From IMG/VR virus record IMGVR_UViG_3300025769_000068: DNA of 64,000 nt. The stretch is one strand, 5' to 3'. This document shows positions 21,501 to 30,490 of the stretch, in pieces; positions within the stretch are counted from its first letter, which is position 1, and every line of letters starts with the position of its first letter. Under the pieces are notes generated by a model, which saw nothing but the letters and a program-made list of their open reading frames with translations, was not told the DNA's origin and ran no database searches. The position numbers and the translations under genes were made by a program. The stretch comes from a virus.

Positions 21501-24500
21501 AATAATGTTCCATTCAATGTTCCTTTAAATCCTAATACTAATGAATATACTTATAATGCTCAGGAAAATTTAGATTTTCTTGTAGAAGAAAGGCCGTTCG
21601 ATGGCTTGAGCGTTGCTGATCCAAAAGATGAGTTAACATGTATTCCTTACTGGAGACCGGAGTTCTTATATCCCAACAGAAACCAGCATTTGTATGTAAG
21701 ATATCCATTTGGCGACCTTGACCAATCTTCTACCGAACTGCCAAGGTATATGAATGAACTTCGTGCAGATTATCCACTGGCTAAAAAAGCTATACTATCA
21801 CAGATTAATGTTATTGGGTATAATCCGTATGATACTTCAACGAACAATATTCATAAAGACAGTGGGTATTGGCGGCTCGCAGCAATTCAAGATAATGTTT
21901 TCTTTGAAAATGGCGATAACGAGCCACTAACCACGGATCGTACACTAAGTGGATCTTTGGGTTGTATCAGCGTTCAAATGCGTATTGATGAAGGAAATCC
22001 AAATTCTCTTACTGGAATAGGCGAAGAAACACTTGTGTTAGACACTAAAACTACCTCTGGATGGAATCCGGGTACATATAACAGTAGAACTATAGATTAT
22101 AATTATAGACCATATTTTTCTTTCGTTGGATCACTACGAGCGTTGAGTACAAGTAATGATTTTGCAAGCCAGTATACCGAATATGATTCATCACAATCAT
22201 ACCGAACGGGAAAGTTTACAGGGCAATATGGGTTTGGTCGAGTACCCATATATGATTTTACTGATGCTGTCGAAAGTTTTATAGTTCGTACCAAGTCTGA
22301 CACTGGACTTTCAATTGGCGTAGGAACTCACAAATTTATTAATATACCTTACAGATATCCTGTCACCTTTTTAGTTGATGACATAAAAGGTGTTTCAATA
22401 CAAACTTTGAAGGACGAGACCTTTAACGAGTCAGAGTATAAAGAGTCAACTAAAATAGTAAGAGACAGATTTGGAGATACTGATTACACTGAAACTCTTG
22501 ATTTGCGTTATACATATGTTAGTCCAAAAACAGGGCAAATTAAGAAAAAAGATTATTACAGTGGATCATTAATTTTAAAGATAACTCCTGAATATTTTGA
22601 CAATGCTAATAATCCACCCATAGTAATGGTGACTATGAAAAGGTTGGTGACTACGAATGGAAAGTCGTATGACCTTACTCCTGAACCAGTTAATATTTAT
22701 CCTGTAGAAACTTGTGATTCTTCTTTGCTTAAAGCTCATATACTTCCAGATGGCACAACGCTATATGGCACTACCACCACCACCACTACCACCACCACAA
22801 CTACTATACCGCCGGGAGAACCTAATTTTCACTTTGATAGATTTTATGTTAAGAGAAAAGACGATAGGTTTATAGAGGAGGAGATAACGCCTTTTACTCT
22901 TTCGTATTCAGATTATACCACTATAGCCCAAGAGTATCTTTTGCCGTCTAGACCGCCCACTTATGAAGAACTTAGAAATAGTTCTCAAGCAGGAAAAAGA
23001 TATAGAAAAATATCAATAGATTCCGGTGCTAGATTTAGTCAAATTAAGTTAAATGATAGCGGTAATCTATTAATATTTAAAAATAAATTTATAGATGATC
23101 GTACAGCTTTAGGAGACCTTGGAGCATTAAAGACGGGGGTTGGCCTACAGGGTAGAACAGATTTTTCTTTTAGTTATAGTCAGCTTCAAGACGCTGGTGG
23201 AGGTAATCGTCAGTATGGACTCTACACTGATAAAGCTTTAAAAAGTTTTGCTGGTTATGATCGCACAAAACCAAATGACCCCTTACCAACAAACGCACAC
23301 GTTTTCTTTGGAAGAACAAATGATAATTTTGATGAAAATGATATTAACGACTTTGTTATAAATGACAGTGGTAACACATTACTATACAGTCCAAGCGAAG
23401 GTTCATACAAGGGTAATCTTTTACACGGTGTGGCTGATTTTGATTCTACATCTATAAATAACAGTGACGCTTTGTATGAATTGTCGGGAGGAGAGAAAAG
23501 TGTTGCTAAACAAATAAAAAATGCTTATGGAGAAAAAATTAAAAAGTTTTCTTTATCAAAAGATAACAATGTTCTTGCAATAATTCAAGAAAATAGCCAA
23601 TTTTTACAACACGCAAGTCAAAGCATTCTTAGAGGCAGTGCATTTGGTTTTGGTAATGCAACGCAAATTTATCCAACAACGGGAACCTATCCACACAACA
23701 AGCCGGAAAGTTTTTCAAATATATTAGTTTTTGATAGAACTGGCGATAACAATTGGGCTATTCGTAATAGTCGATCATTATCAACTACTTGGGAAATTCC
23801 AATTGGAAAGCCTGAAAGCGTAGCATTTCAAGCATATGAAGATATAAGAATAAACAAGGATGGAACTATAATAGCAGGATTAAGATATGAAAATAATTCT
23901 GCGGTTCCATCAATAAATCTTAGCACGAAACGCCAAGACGGAAATACAAACATATACTATAATAGCTCAAAAGCTTTTGGGTCTAATTTAAATCTATCCG
24001 TTGATGGTGGTTCAGATTTTCAATATAAAAATGGATTTTATATAGATGTTTGGAAGTATAATTCTGGAGACAAAAGATGGGATATGCTTGGCGCTAAAAA
24101 TGTTGGAGGCTTAATAAATGAGCTAAGATATTTTACTAGTGGTGATAAACACTCGATACGATTAACCAACAATGAAACTGCTATCAGTAGAGATTATCAA
24201 GATATTAATTATGAAATAAATCATGAAGGCAATGTTTTAGCTCTCACATACAGAGATAAGAATATTGGTAAATATCATTTTCAACAAATATATGCTTACA
24301 ACGAATCTAAGGATGAGTGGATTAAAACTTTCTCACGAGACAGTAGAGATTCTATTGCACAAACAATTCAACATTTTAATATTATAAATTCATCATCCTA
24401 TACTGAAGACGTAAAAGATAATGCTGGTAATATAGTATATGATCCTAATAAGAATTTTTGTTATTTACACAATAGGGTTGATATAAATAACAGTGGTAAT

Positions 24501-27017
24501 ATTGTTGTTTTTTCAAACCCCGGAGATAGCGATTCTACATCTGTTTATAACCGTCAGCATTTCGATGCTCTTAAAAATTATAATGAATACTTTAATCAGC
24601 CGTGCTGTGGGGCGCGCCACGGATGTTTTGAGCTTGTTTATTCACCAGATTCAGACATGTACGAAGCTAACTATTATAATATAGCTACTGAGTTTGGAGA
24701 TCCAAATTTCGCAGCACTGGGCATTACACTTGAGGGAGATGCAGGAGATGCTACAGAAAGACATTCAACTTTTGGGACAGATGTTTCTCTTAATGCTTCT
24801 GGTAATATACTAGCAGTTTCGCAAGAAGGTTTAAACTCTAAAGATGTGGCTGGCGTAGATTTTTATGACGTAAAGGTAGCTATTGATAATTTTACAATTC
24901 CGGCAACAAGAACTACTACCACTACTACTACGGCTTTGCCGCCGATGCCTTTAAAATATCATATTCCTGCTAGTGGAACATTTTTTCATTTTGGTGACGG
25001 AGTTAACTTCTATAATTCTGCAATAAGAGACTTTTCTATGGATGCCTCTGGTCATCACATAGCGGTTACATGTCCGAATAGAGCTATAAAAGGTGCTTTA
25101 TCAAGTCAGGCTCCCGGCAGAGGCGTTATAATGTGTCGTAACGTTTCACAACATTCTGATTTTATTAGTGATAGAGCATGGGACCATAATTACGCTGATA
25201 TTAGAACATTGAGGCACAATCCCCCTCCAGCATCAGGATTATTGTATGGAGCTTTTACTAGCAAAACAGAAGACCCAAGAAAATCAGAATCCACATATGG
25301 ACTTGGACAAGTTTATGATGTAAAGGGCGAGGTTGACACTTTTTCAACCATAAACTTTAACGGCTTCAATCGTAATCATACAGGCTTGATATACGACATA
25401 CAATCTAGTGTAAATCCAAGTGGAACTCTAGCTGTATTTGTTTACTCAGACATTTTAGCCGGACTAGGTGTACGGAATACTTTTCTTAAAAAGAAAGATT
25501 CTTATATTCAAGTTTTAGACCTTTCTGAAACTAGAGATAATGTAGTTAGACAAAGTTCCAGTGAAAATTTTCAAGCCTATATGCGTGGGATTCCTCCATA
25601 TACTAAAGGTGATGGTCAGCCTAGTGGATTACTTTACGCTTCTGGTGTAGAAGCAGGCTATTCACAACAGAGTAATGGAAACGTTTTGTATTATGATCCA
25701 AGCGTAGCAGATAATGGAACGATTATAATAGCTAGATATACAGATAAAAAACTTACCTATCGCATTATGAACAGCGGTGTGAGTTTTGGAGGAAATGGAA
25801 CTTACAACTTTGATGGTAAATTAATAGGTGAGTTTGATTGTAATATGAATAGTAGAGATATAATGTATAATAGACATCATTCTAAATATCTGCCAGCTGT
25901 CTTTCACTCGTCCTATATGCCTAGCGATTCTGATAATTGGATATCGGAGAAAGTGTATCCTCCAAACGCTACTAAAATGTACAAAGATTATAACGGCACG
26001 ATGAGAGATAAACTAAAATCGTTTACTGGCGTTTTAACTTGGAACGATTATACAAGATACGATCACGGGCCTCTCGCAAGTAATTATGGCTACAATAGCG
26101 ACATAAAAACAACTTCTATATCTAGTCAAGGTCATGTTGTAGCGTTTTTGAGATGTAAAGATTTGTCATCAGAGCCAATAGGATCTGTTTTCTACCCTCC
26201 AACTGGCATTAAATCAAATTCATATTATAATACGGAATACAAAAGAGCCGCAGATTCTCACTGGACAAAAATGCTTCATGACAAAGACACAACCAGAAGA
26301 CTTATGTTTACTACAACTATTAAAGGAATTAATCCGGGTACAGCTTTCACTACAGATATTAATCATGTAGTTGAAAATACCAACCCAGAAAGTCGTAATA
26401 ATAAATTTGCTATAAGACCACAACCATTTGAGCTTAGTAAAGATGGGAATAGTATAGTTGTTGGTAGTGGTCTTTATAGAAAAAATGTTAACAATCAATA
26501 TTTAAATTCTTTCTTGATGAAAAATCCTTGGGACGATGTGAATGATTTAAGTAAATATTTTGAAGCAAGTTATCCACCAGAACTAATAGACAATTCGATT
26601 AATAAAGATGGCACAGTTATAGCTAGTCTATGGGGTCCACAATACGATGAAGTATATGAAAAATCATCCCATTTTGTTAGAAGCTCTCAAAACTATACTA
26701 GAGAGCCTGACATGACTTCACAATATGGCCTTCCAATAAGAAACTACATGATACAAGTATTCACTAGTGGAGAAAATGCCAGCTTTTGGCAACGACAAAC
26801 AAGATTTTTTAAAGGAAATAGGTGTAAACACATAAGCCTTACAGCTTCTGGCGATTTAGTTGCTTACACAATGACTGAAGACAACTGGCATAACAATTAT
26901 TTTAAAAATGAAGATTTTTGGAAAAGTTCTGGCAGTAGAAAGACACTTGATGATCCAAGAAAGGGTTATATAAATTTCTTAGAAGTCGAAAGTATAGGAC
27001 ACAAACCACCTACTTAA
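18528..27017 (+). CDS. Giant (2829 aa) modular beta-propeller virion protein, partial paralogue of the 3690 aa protein
   Basis: TAATG coupling to the upstream gene. Blade motifs FGTDVSLNASGNILAVS, IKLNDSGNLLIF, IRINKDGTIIAG and ISLTASGDLVAY. Thr tracts at 22770-22805 and about 24913-24932. Confidence 0.65.
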   Translation: MVVNYNKLFDDGKYQNITIDQGVQGDAFEMPTLDDFKMRLLKSESYVILYDFHSLPINLGVSQAASSSAPQLVKMRRHVTNPIDTTASMNRYSRPCQIPPEPEEFGDAFGKSGKDCEQATRIYNGGGKLNGSYRDKNGSFKDFSFKVYASSMLLKRRTAQLSNPYPVYKTGSANSVIESWKRANKFVTANNPRTDVSSLSKSSEAYKRYAATGEYATARRITFNMDDPRFSTEPTKHTTTVRAQLSEGLSAKGYPAFTGPILWKVIYGTGPTFGAGTINDKDMLVEGRNMIVGGSYAMIKKSDYDALIRTRRDLGLSIERFKKSGLFTEFEVEYDLPDLWECKFKLTKNNGQRIHDGRFDVTDKDIQAIPYSYDTIPSTAFYKPPKDSDIVSLGGGKYGTAASSRIPDTLTKIVTGDADFVELPDRGRAVYWQHYYKFNGDGEFAGVNPNNVEKFWDNGGTYQTTRPGYQTVYETEKFDYGKYVSQIPRLYYQASKSPSESIYFKNPSFPRPVQANGVQFVFNPKQIENGDNEVTAINYIDPNFATSSFFGRPKKKGVVKFSTYDVGEFTLEIVQANKISTTANAPNQQFKAYKLKTAGVDKQHRGLKSDFDTVLERWSNKKYSQKITFTDKTGKPDKLVLKQANIQNIPGVVNDFTSQWSQDYSFGATSRDLSSNDSVGQLAIQGTTNISTHVYNEWYDRYGNLLGVSPQYNEIALKGITQLAATNNSRREYELIEYEVKAPSASQAGLPYGSTDIRVAAPNHTFFYEVRYIVQGSRSKAVELKNSGGSATKRNSYFGKYFTPVAGDSSGGNLSNDSTLPAGQQLPSRLDPTVYDAVPYVEFNEDGTKLLIAQKAIGKFSYIEKERDRDYRKGYLKIIDRVSTEGADNKVRISFDVDPTGQKSTYETAFFNDLEITAKKDRYMYKGFQDGKFGLSKDGAFIACYFTDGDRNNLNRYPPRLFLYKNMNAETEDKEYKSANEGGYFSPSVVQNNVPFNVPLNPNTNEYTYNAQENLDFLVEERPFDGLSVADPKDELTCIPYWRPEFLYPNRNQHLYVRYPFGDLDQSSTELPRYMNELRADYPLAKKAILSQINVIGYNPYDTSTNNIHKDSGYWRLAAIQDNVFFENGDNEPLTTDRTLSGSLGCISVQMRIDEGNPNSLTGIGEETLVLDTKTTSGWNPGTYNSRTIDYNYRPYFSFVGSLRALSTSNDFASQYTEYDSSQSYRTGKFTGQYGFGRVPIYDFTDAVESFIVRTKSDTGLSIGVGTHKFINIPYRYPVTFLVDDIKGVSIQTLKDETFNESEYKESTKIVRDRFGDTDYTETLDLRYTYVSPKTGQIKKKDYYSGSLILKITPEYFDNANNPPIVMVTMKRLVTTNGKSYDLTPEPVNIYPVETCDSSLLKAHILPDGTTLYGTTTTTTTTTTTTIPPGEPNFHFDRFYVKRKDDRFIEEEITPFTLSYSDYTTIAQEYLLPSRPPTYEELRNSSQAGKRYRKISIDSGARFSQIKLNDSGNLLIFKNKFIDDRTALGDLGALKTGVGLQGRTDFSFSYSQLQDAGGGNRQYGLYTDKALKSFAGYDRTKPNDPLPTNAHVFFGRTNDNFDENDINDFVINDSGNTLLYSPSEGSYKGNLLHGVADFDSTSINNSDALYELSGGEKSVAKQIKNAYGEKIKKFSLSKDNNVLAIIQENSQFLQHASQSILRGSAFGFGNATQIYPTTGTYPHNKPESFSNILVFDRTGDNNWAIRNSRSLSTTWEIPIGKPESVAFQAYEDIRINKDGTIIAGLRYENNSAVPSINLSTKRQDGNTNIYYNSSKAFGSNLNLSVDGGSDFQYKNGFYIDVWKYNSGDKRWDMLGAKNVGGLINELRYFTSGDKHSIRLTNNETAISRDYQDINYEINHEGNVLALTYRDKNIGKYHFQQIYAYNESKDEWIKTFSRDSRDSIAQTIQHFNIINSSSYTEDVKDNAGNIVYDPNKNFCYLHNRVDINNSGNIVVFSNPGDSDSTSVYNRQHFDALKNYNEYFNQPCCGARHGCFELVYSPDSDMYEANYYNIATEFGDPNFAALGITLEGDAGDATERHSTFGTDVSLNASGNILAVSQEGLNSKDVAGVDFYDVKVAIDNFTIPATRTTTTTTTALPPMPLKYHIPASGTFFHFGDGVNFYNSAIRDFSMDASGHHIAVTCPNRAIKGALSSQAPGRGVIMCRNVSQHSDFISDRAWDHNYADIRTLRHNPPPASGLLYGAFTSKTEDPRKSESTYGLGQVYDVKGEVDTFSTINFNGFNRNHTGLIYDIQSSVNPSGTLAVFVYSDILAGLGVRNTFLKKKDSYIQVLDLSETRDNVVRQSSSENFQAYMRGIPPYTKGDGQPSGLLYASGVEAGYSQQSNGNVLYYDPSVADNGTIIIARYTDKKLTYRIMNSGVSFGGNGTYNFDGKLIGEFDCNMNSRDIMYNRHHSKYLPAVFHSSYMPSDSDNWISEKVYPPNATKMYKDYNGTMRDKLKSFTGVLTWNDYTRYDHGPLASNYGYNSDIKTTSISSQGHVVAFLRCKDLSSEPIGSVFYPPTGIKSNSYYNTEYKRAADSHWTKMLHDKDTTRRLMFTTTIKGINPGTAFTTDINHVVENTNPESRNNKFAIRPQPFELSKDGNSIVVGSGLYRKNVNNQYLNSFLMKNPWDDVNDLSKYFEASYPPELIDNSINKDGTVIASLWGPQYDEVYEKSSHFVRSSQNYTREPDMTSQYGLPIRNYMIQVFTSGENASFWQRQTRFFKGNRCKHISLTASGDLVAYTMTEDNWHNNYFKNEDFWKSSGSRKTLDDPRKGYINFLEVESIGHKPPT
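22770..22805 (+). repeat. Poly-Thr (ACN)12 tract
   Basis: Located within the 2829 aa ORF. Confidence 0.9.
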
Positions 27018-27026
27018 TGGATTATT

Positions 27027-28097
27027 ATGTTTAATTTATCAGATAGAGTACGAGAAACATCATTAACAGAAGGCTCTGGAGCTGTCACTATAAATGACAC
27101 TTACGGTAGCTTCCAATCATTTGCTAGTGGCGTTGGTGATGGCAATAAAACATTTTATGCTATAGAAAATAATGTAAGATTTGAAATTGGATTAGGAACT
27201 TTTAATGATGGTGTTTTATCTAGAGATTTAATATTTACTAGCACAGACCCTAGCGGTAATAAAATTAACCTTGATGGCGTTTCTACAGTTTTTTGCACGT
27301 ATCCTGCTACACACTCTGTCTTTGTTAACCCGGATGGTAATGTTTCTGGATTGCCGCCTAGATATAGTGGTATAGCTTGTCCAGATGGCTTAGTACAAAC
27401 CAGAGCATTTATTGGTTCTGGAAATACTGGCAATGTTGCGTATTGGAGCGATGAAAATACTATAGGTGGAGATAACACTTTTATTTGGGATTCTTCAGAT
27501 ACTACTCTATATGTTGATGGCAATATTGCTGTAAGCGGCTCTATCAAGGACGCTAAGTTCTATTCAAGTTCCGCAGGTTCTTTATTTCATGCTTACATTG
27601 ATAATGGTGGAAATGACATTGTAGCCCTGCATATAACAGACGGGTCAGATCCCACTTGGAAATTAGGACTAAAACCATATAGCACAGCCTTTGCAGACGC
27701 ACCTACAAACGGATATGTTTACGGGGACATCGACAGCGTTGGCAATGTAGTGGATACAGATAATTTTTATATTATGAATTATACTAATGGTTTTTTCATA
27801 ACGCACAGAGGTGCAAATTTATTATACGTTGCTAAAAGCAACGGTGTCAGCATAAACAACAGCTCTTCAGTTGAAGTTCCTTTGACCATAAATTCAGCGT
27901 TAGGACAATCTTCTAATCTACAAGAATTTAAGAATAGCACTGGAAATACATTATTATCAGTTGACAAGGCGGGTTCACTTGTCTTTGACACACAAATAGC
28001 TAATGTGTCTGCTCCCAATAAATCCTTGTTTTATAGCTCAGATAATGACAAATTGGTATTTAAGGACAAAAATGGGTCTATACATGAGTTGTACTAA
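27027..28097 (+). CDS. Short fibre/appendage protein with conserved DRV.ETS.T.G.G N-terminal anchor domain
   Basis: 356 aa ORF. The N-terminus DRVRETSLTEGSG...FYAIE...EIGLGTF...VFCTYPA is a common phage fibre anchor pattern and is paralogous to the 30491 ORF. Confidence 0.65.
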   Translation: MFNLSDRVRETSLTEGSGAVTINDTYGSFQSFASGVGDGNKTFYAIENNVRFEIGLGTFNDGVLSRDLIFTSTDPSGNKINLDGVSTVFCTYPATHSVFVNPDGNVSGLPPRYSGIACPDGLVQTRAFIGSGNTGNVAYWSDENTIGGDNTFIWDSSDTTLYVDGNIAVSGSIKDAKFYSSSAGSLFHAYIDNGGNDIVALHITDGSDPTWKLGLKPYSTAFADAPTNGYVYGDIDSVGNVVDTDNFYIMNYTNGFFITHRGANLLYVAKSNGVSINNSSSVEVPLTINSALGQSSNLQEFKNSTGNTLLSVDKAGSLVFDTQIANVSAPNKSLFYSSDNDKLVFKDKNGSIHELY

Positions 28098-28100
28098 TTG

Positions 28101-28110
28101 GTGTATATTA
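28101..28110 (+). promoter_or_regulatory. Candidate late promoter element GTGTATA
   Basis: GTGTATATTA lies in the intergenic gap before 28140. The same heptamer occurs at 35240 (before the tail tube gene), 38219 and 56045. Confidence 0.35.
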
Positions 28111-28139
28111 TGTTAGATAACTAGGAATATAGGTGAATT

Positions 28140-28385
28140 ATGGCTACATTTTCAGTAGAGATAGCGGATCAGGATGTTGAGCGTGTAATTGAGGCTATAT
28201 GCGTAAATTACAACAGGCCAGATATGGTGGATGGTTTAGACAATTCAGAAAGCAAATCAGTTTTTGCCAACAGGATCGTAAGACAATATTTATCCGAAAA
28301 TGTGAGAAAGTACGAGTTAGACCTACTAAAACAAACCTTAGAGAATCAAGTAACAAACCCAGTAATCACGGACCCGCAGGTATAA
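28140..28385 (+). CDS. Small hypothetical virion-associated protein
   Basis: 81 aa ORF with AGGTG Shine-Dalgarno-like site; TAATG coupled to the next gene. Confidence 0.65.
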   Translation: MATFSVEIADQDVERVIEAICVNYNRPDMVDGLDNSESKSVFANRIVRQYLSENVRKYELDLLKQTLENQVTNPVITDPQV

Positions 28386-28555
28386 TGTTTATTTTTAGTC
28401 AATTTCCATTTTCAACTGGTTTGATGAATTTTTTTAACGGCGGTATAATTCCCTTAAACATTTCATTAAAAAGCACAAAAACACACACACTCAATATTAT
28501 TAAGACGCAAGATATTATCCTACAACTAAAAAGACAAAATCCAACAATATTATGA
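28385..28555 (+). CDS. Small hypothetical protein (56 aa, MFIFSQFPFS...)
   Basis: ATG overlaps the upstream TAA (TAATG). This is the likely real start of the 28199..28555 track ORF. F-S-x-x-P-F-S N-termini occur in small phage virion proteins. Confidence 0.5.
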   Translation: MFIFSQFPFSTGLMNFFNGGIIPLNISLKSTKTHTLNIIKTQDIILQLKRQNPTIL

Positions 28556-28614
28556 AAACAGTTAATGTTATTTTAAATATAGTTAGAACAAAAGATATTA
28601 CTTTACTAAGGTAA
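28552..28614 (+). CDS. Putative 20 aa microprotein MKTVNVILNIVRTKDITLLR
   Basis: ATGA overlap with the upstream stop. It fills the gap before 28619 and resembles the C-terminal half of the 56 aa ORF. Confidence 0.35.
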   Translation: MKTVNVILNIVRTKDITLLR

Positions 28615-28618
28615 AAAC

Positions 28619-28924
28619 ATGGCTAGCGAAATACATGTAGATAATGTAGGTACTAGATTTTCAATGACTGTTCAGGAAACTGGCAGCGGCGTAGATATTT
28701 CTAACAACTCTAGTATTACTATTTATATTAAAAGGCCAGATGATGAAATTATCACACGGAGTGGCATTCTGTTAGGCGATGGCACTGATGGTAAATTTCA
28801 TTATGATACAATAGCAGGCGATTTAGACGAGGCGGGACATTACAAACTTCAAGCAAAGATAGCTTTGCCAAGCGGAACATATTATACTGATATATATGAT
28901 TTTAAAACCCACTGTAACTTATAG
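28619..28924 (+). CDS. BppU-N-like Ig-fold virion protein
   Basis: 101 aa ORF. The pattern GT.F..TV...G..VDIS...I.IK.PD...G.DG...Y...DLD.AG.Y.LQ..I resembles baseplate upper protein N-terminal domains. Confidence 0.5.
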   Translation: MASEIHVDNVGTRFSMTVQETGSGVDISNNSSITIYIKRPDDEIITRSGILLGDGTDGKFHYDTIAGDLDEAGHYKLQAKIALPSGTYYTDIYDFKTHCNL

Positions 28925-28932
28925 GTGCAAAT

Positions 28933-29451
28933 ATGTCGTGGCAAGGCCAAATTTCAACAATGGTTAGACACATCGTTAACGATGTAGATCCTTCCAATTA
29001 CAAATATTCGGTAAAGCGTTTAGAAACAACAATTTTAGTAGCATGTCAATTGGTTTCAGAAGATGTAGATTTTTCAAACGATTACGTAGTTAATGTAGAA
29101 CAGTGTTCGCTTTCTCCAGACCCTACAGATGATCCTAAAGATAATGTGTTTGTAAACTTGGCAACACTCAAAACTGCTTGTATTATAATTGGTAGCGAGG
29201 TTAGAACAGAAGCATCTAATGCAATTTCTATTAAAGATGGACCATCTGCAATAGACTTAAGAGGTGTGGCAACCACACTTACAATATTATATAAAGACTT
29301 GTGTGAAAAATATAATAAGTTAGTTTACGATTATGTTGCTGGAGGAAGCTTGGCTGGTCAAGCTATTCTCGGTCCTTATAGTCCCGGTAGCGACTTTGTT
29401 TCTAGGACTCACAGCGATTATGACCATAGAGGTGGATATTTTAGATATTAA
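28933..29451 (+). CDS. Head-tail connector/adaptor protein
   Basis: 172 aa helical-looking ORF with a VR..V.D......YS..RL...I..A pattern typical of gp6/gp15-like adaptors; AGGTG SD; lies upstream of closure and terminator genes. Confidence 0.55.
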   Translation: MSWQGQISTMVRHIVNDVDPSNYKYSVKRLETTILVACQLVSEDVDFSNDYVVNVEQCSLSPDPTDDPKDNVFVNLATLKTACIIIGSEVRTEASNAISIKDGPSAIDLRGVATTLTILYKDLCEKYNKLVYDYVAGGSLAGQAILGPYSPGSDFVSRTHSDYDHRGGYFRY

Positions 29452-29465
29452 AGGAGATTACAAAA

Positions 29466-30476
29466 ATGTCAGTAAAAAATAGTACAGATCTTAAAAGTAC
29501 CATAAATTCAGAGCTAGCTGATAACAATGCTGGTGCTATTTCTGCACTAGATATTAGACATAATATGGTCGATATAGTTGATTCTATTGTTCCAGTTGTT
29601 GCTAGCGGTGATTTTTCAACTTATCCATTTGATAATGGAATTGTAAAATTTAAAAGTGTTATAGATGTTGGTAGTGGTTTGTTTTTTGACACTGACAATA
29701 CTGCACATTTAGATGGAGACGAAAAATATCAATGGGAGCCATATCCCGGCAGCGGTAATGTTAGTCATGACACCTTGGCTGACTTAGACACGGGCGATAA
29801 ACATACTCAGTATATTTCTGTTAGTGGAATAAGAATGATGACTGGTAATTTTGGCTTAGGTGGAATAACTGAAAACTGGATTAACCATAGTGGAGAAGCA
29901 ACACTTCTAGAAACTGACAATCACGGATTGCATTTTTCTATGACCAATCCAGAGGCTGCAAAGTATGGGGAAGTCATTCACGTTGGTAGCGGTAATCAAG
30001 GAGGGATGGAAAATACCTATACTAAGTTTAAGTTTGATTACGATAATTCAGAATATCACACCGCTAAGACAAATGCTTTAGCGTGGATTAGCTTTAACGG
30101 CTCTGCATATTTAAATGGATCTTTAAGTGATAGTGGGTTAAGTGGGATTGCTGTTACTAGCTCTTACAACATTTCTGCAATCCAAGCTAGTGGCGCTGGA
30201 ACTTACAAGATCTTTTTCAAAGACGGACTTTTGGGTGCTGGTAACACTAACTACGCAGTTATTGCTCACAGCAATGGCACAACTTCTAATAGTAGTCCAC
30301 AAAGTATGGACTTAGTTACTCCAGCGGTAGTTGTAAGAGAAGATGATTTCTTCACCTTGGCTGTTAGAAATGATAATGGCGAATTTGTTAATTCAAGAAG
30401 AAATGACATAGTTGTGTATGGACTTCAAAGTGGCGTAATACCGGAGGCTTCAATTACTGTTCAAAACTTTACCTAA
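29466..30476 (+). CDS. Fibre/appendage protein, Ser-Gly rich, sharing an N-terminal domain with the 394 ORF
   Basis: 336 aa ORF with AAGGAG SD. The C-terminal AWISFNG...SYNISAI...GAGTYKIFF...NYAVIA is a common fibre tip module. Confidence 0.6.
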   Translation: MSVKNSTDLKSTINSELADNNAGAISALDIRHNMVDIVDSIVPVVASGDFSTYPFDNGIVKFKSVIDVGSGLFFDTDNTAHLDGDEKYQWEPYPGSGNVSHDTLADLDTGDKHTQYISVSGIRMMTGNFGLGGITENWINHSGEATLLETDNHGLHFSMTNPEAAKYGEVIHVGSGNQGGMENTYTKFKFDYDNSEYHTAKTNALAWISFNGSAYLNGSLSDSGLSGIAVTSSYNISAIQASGAGTYKIFFKDGLLGAGNTNYAVIAHSNGTTSNSSPQSMDLVTPAVVVREDDFFTLAVRNDNGEFVNSRRNDIVVYGLQSGVIPEASITVQNFT

Positions 30477-30490
30477 TACGGAAGAATTAA

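Noticed and set aside
4423-24932. ACN repeats as CRISPR arrays or phase-variable microsatellites
   Set aside because: There is no repeat-spacer structure, and the tracts are in-frame mixed-codon trinucleotide runs encoding Thr.
7456-27017. Eukaryotic or giant-virus (NCLDV) origin suggested by mucin-like and integrin-like features
   Set aside because: Shine-Dalgarno sites, overlapping stop/start coupling and the tube-chaperone-TMP synteny indicate a prokaryotic tailed virus.
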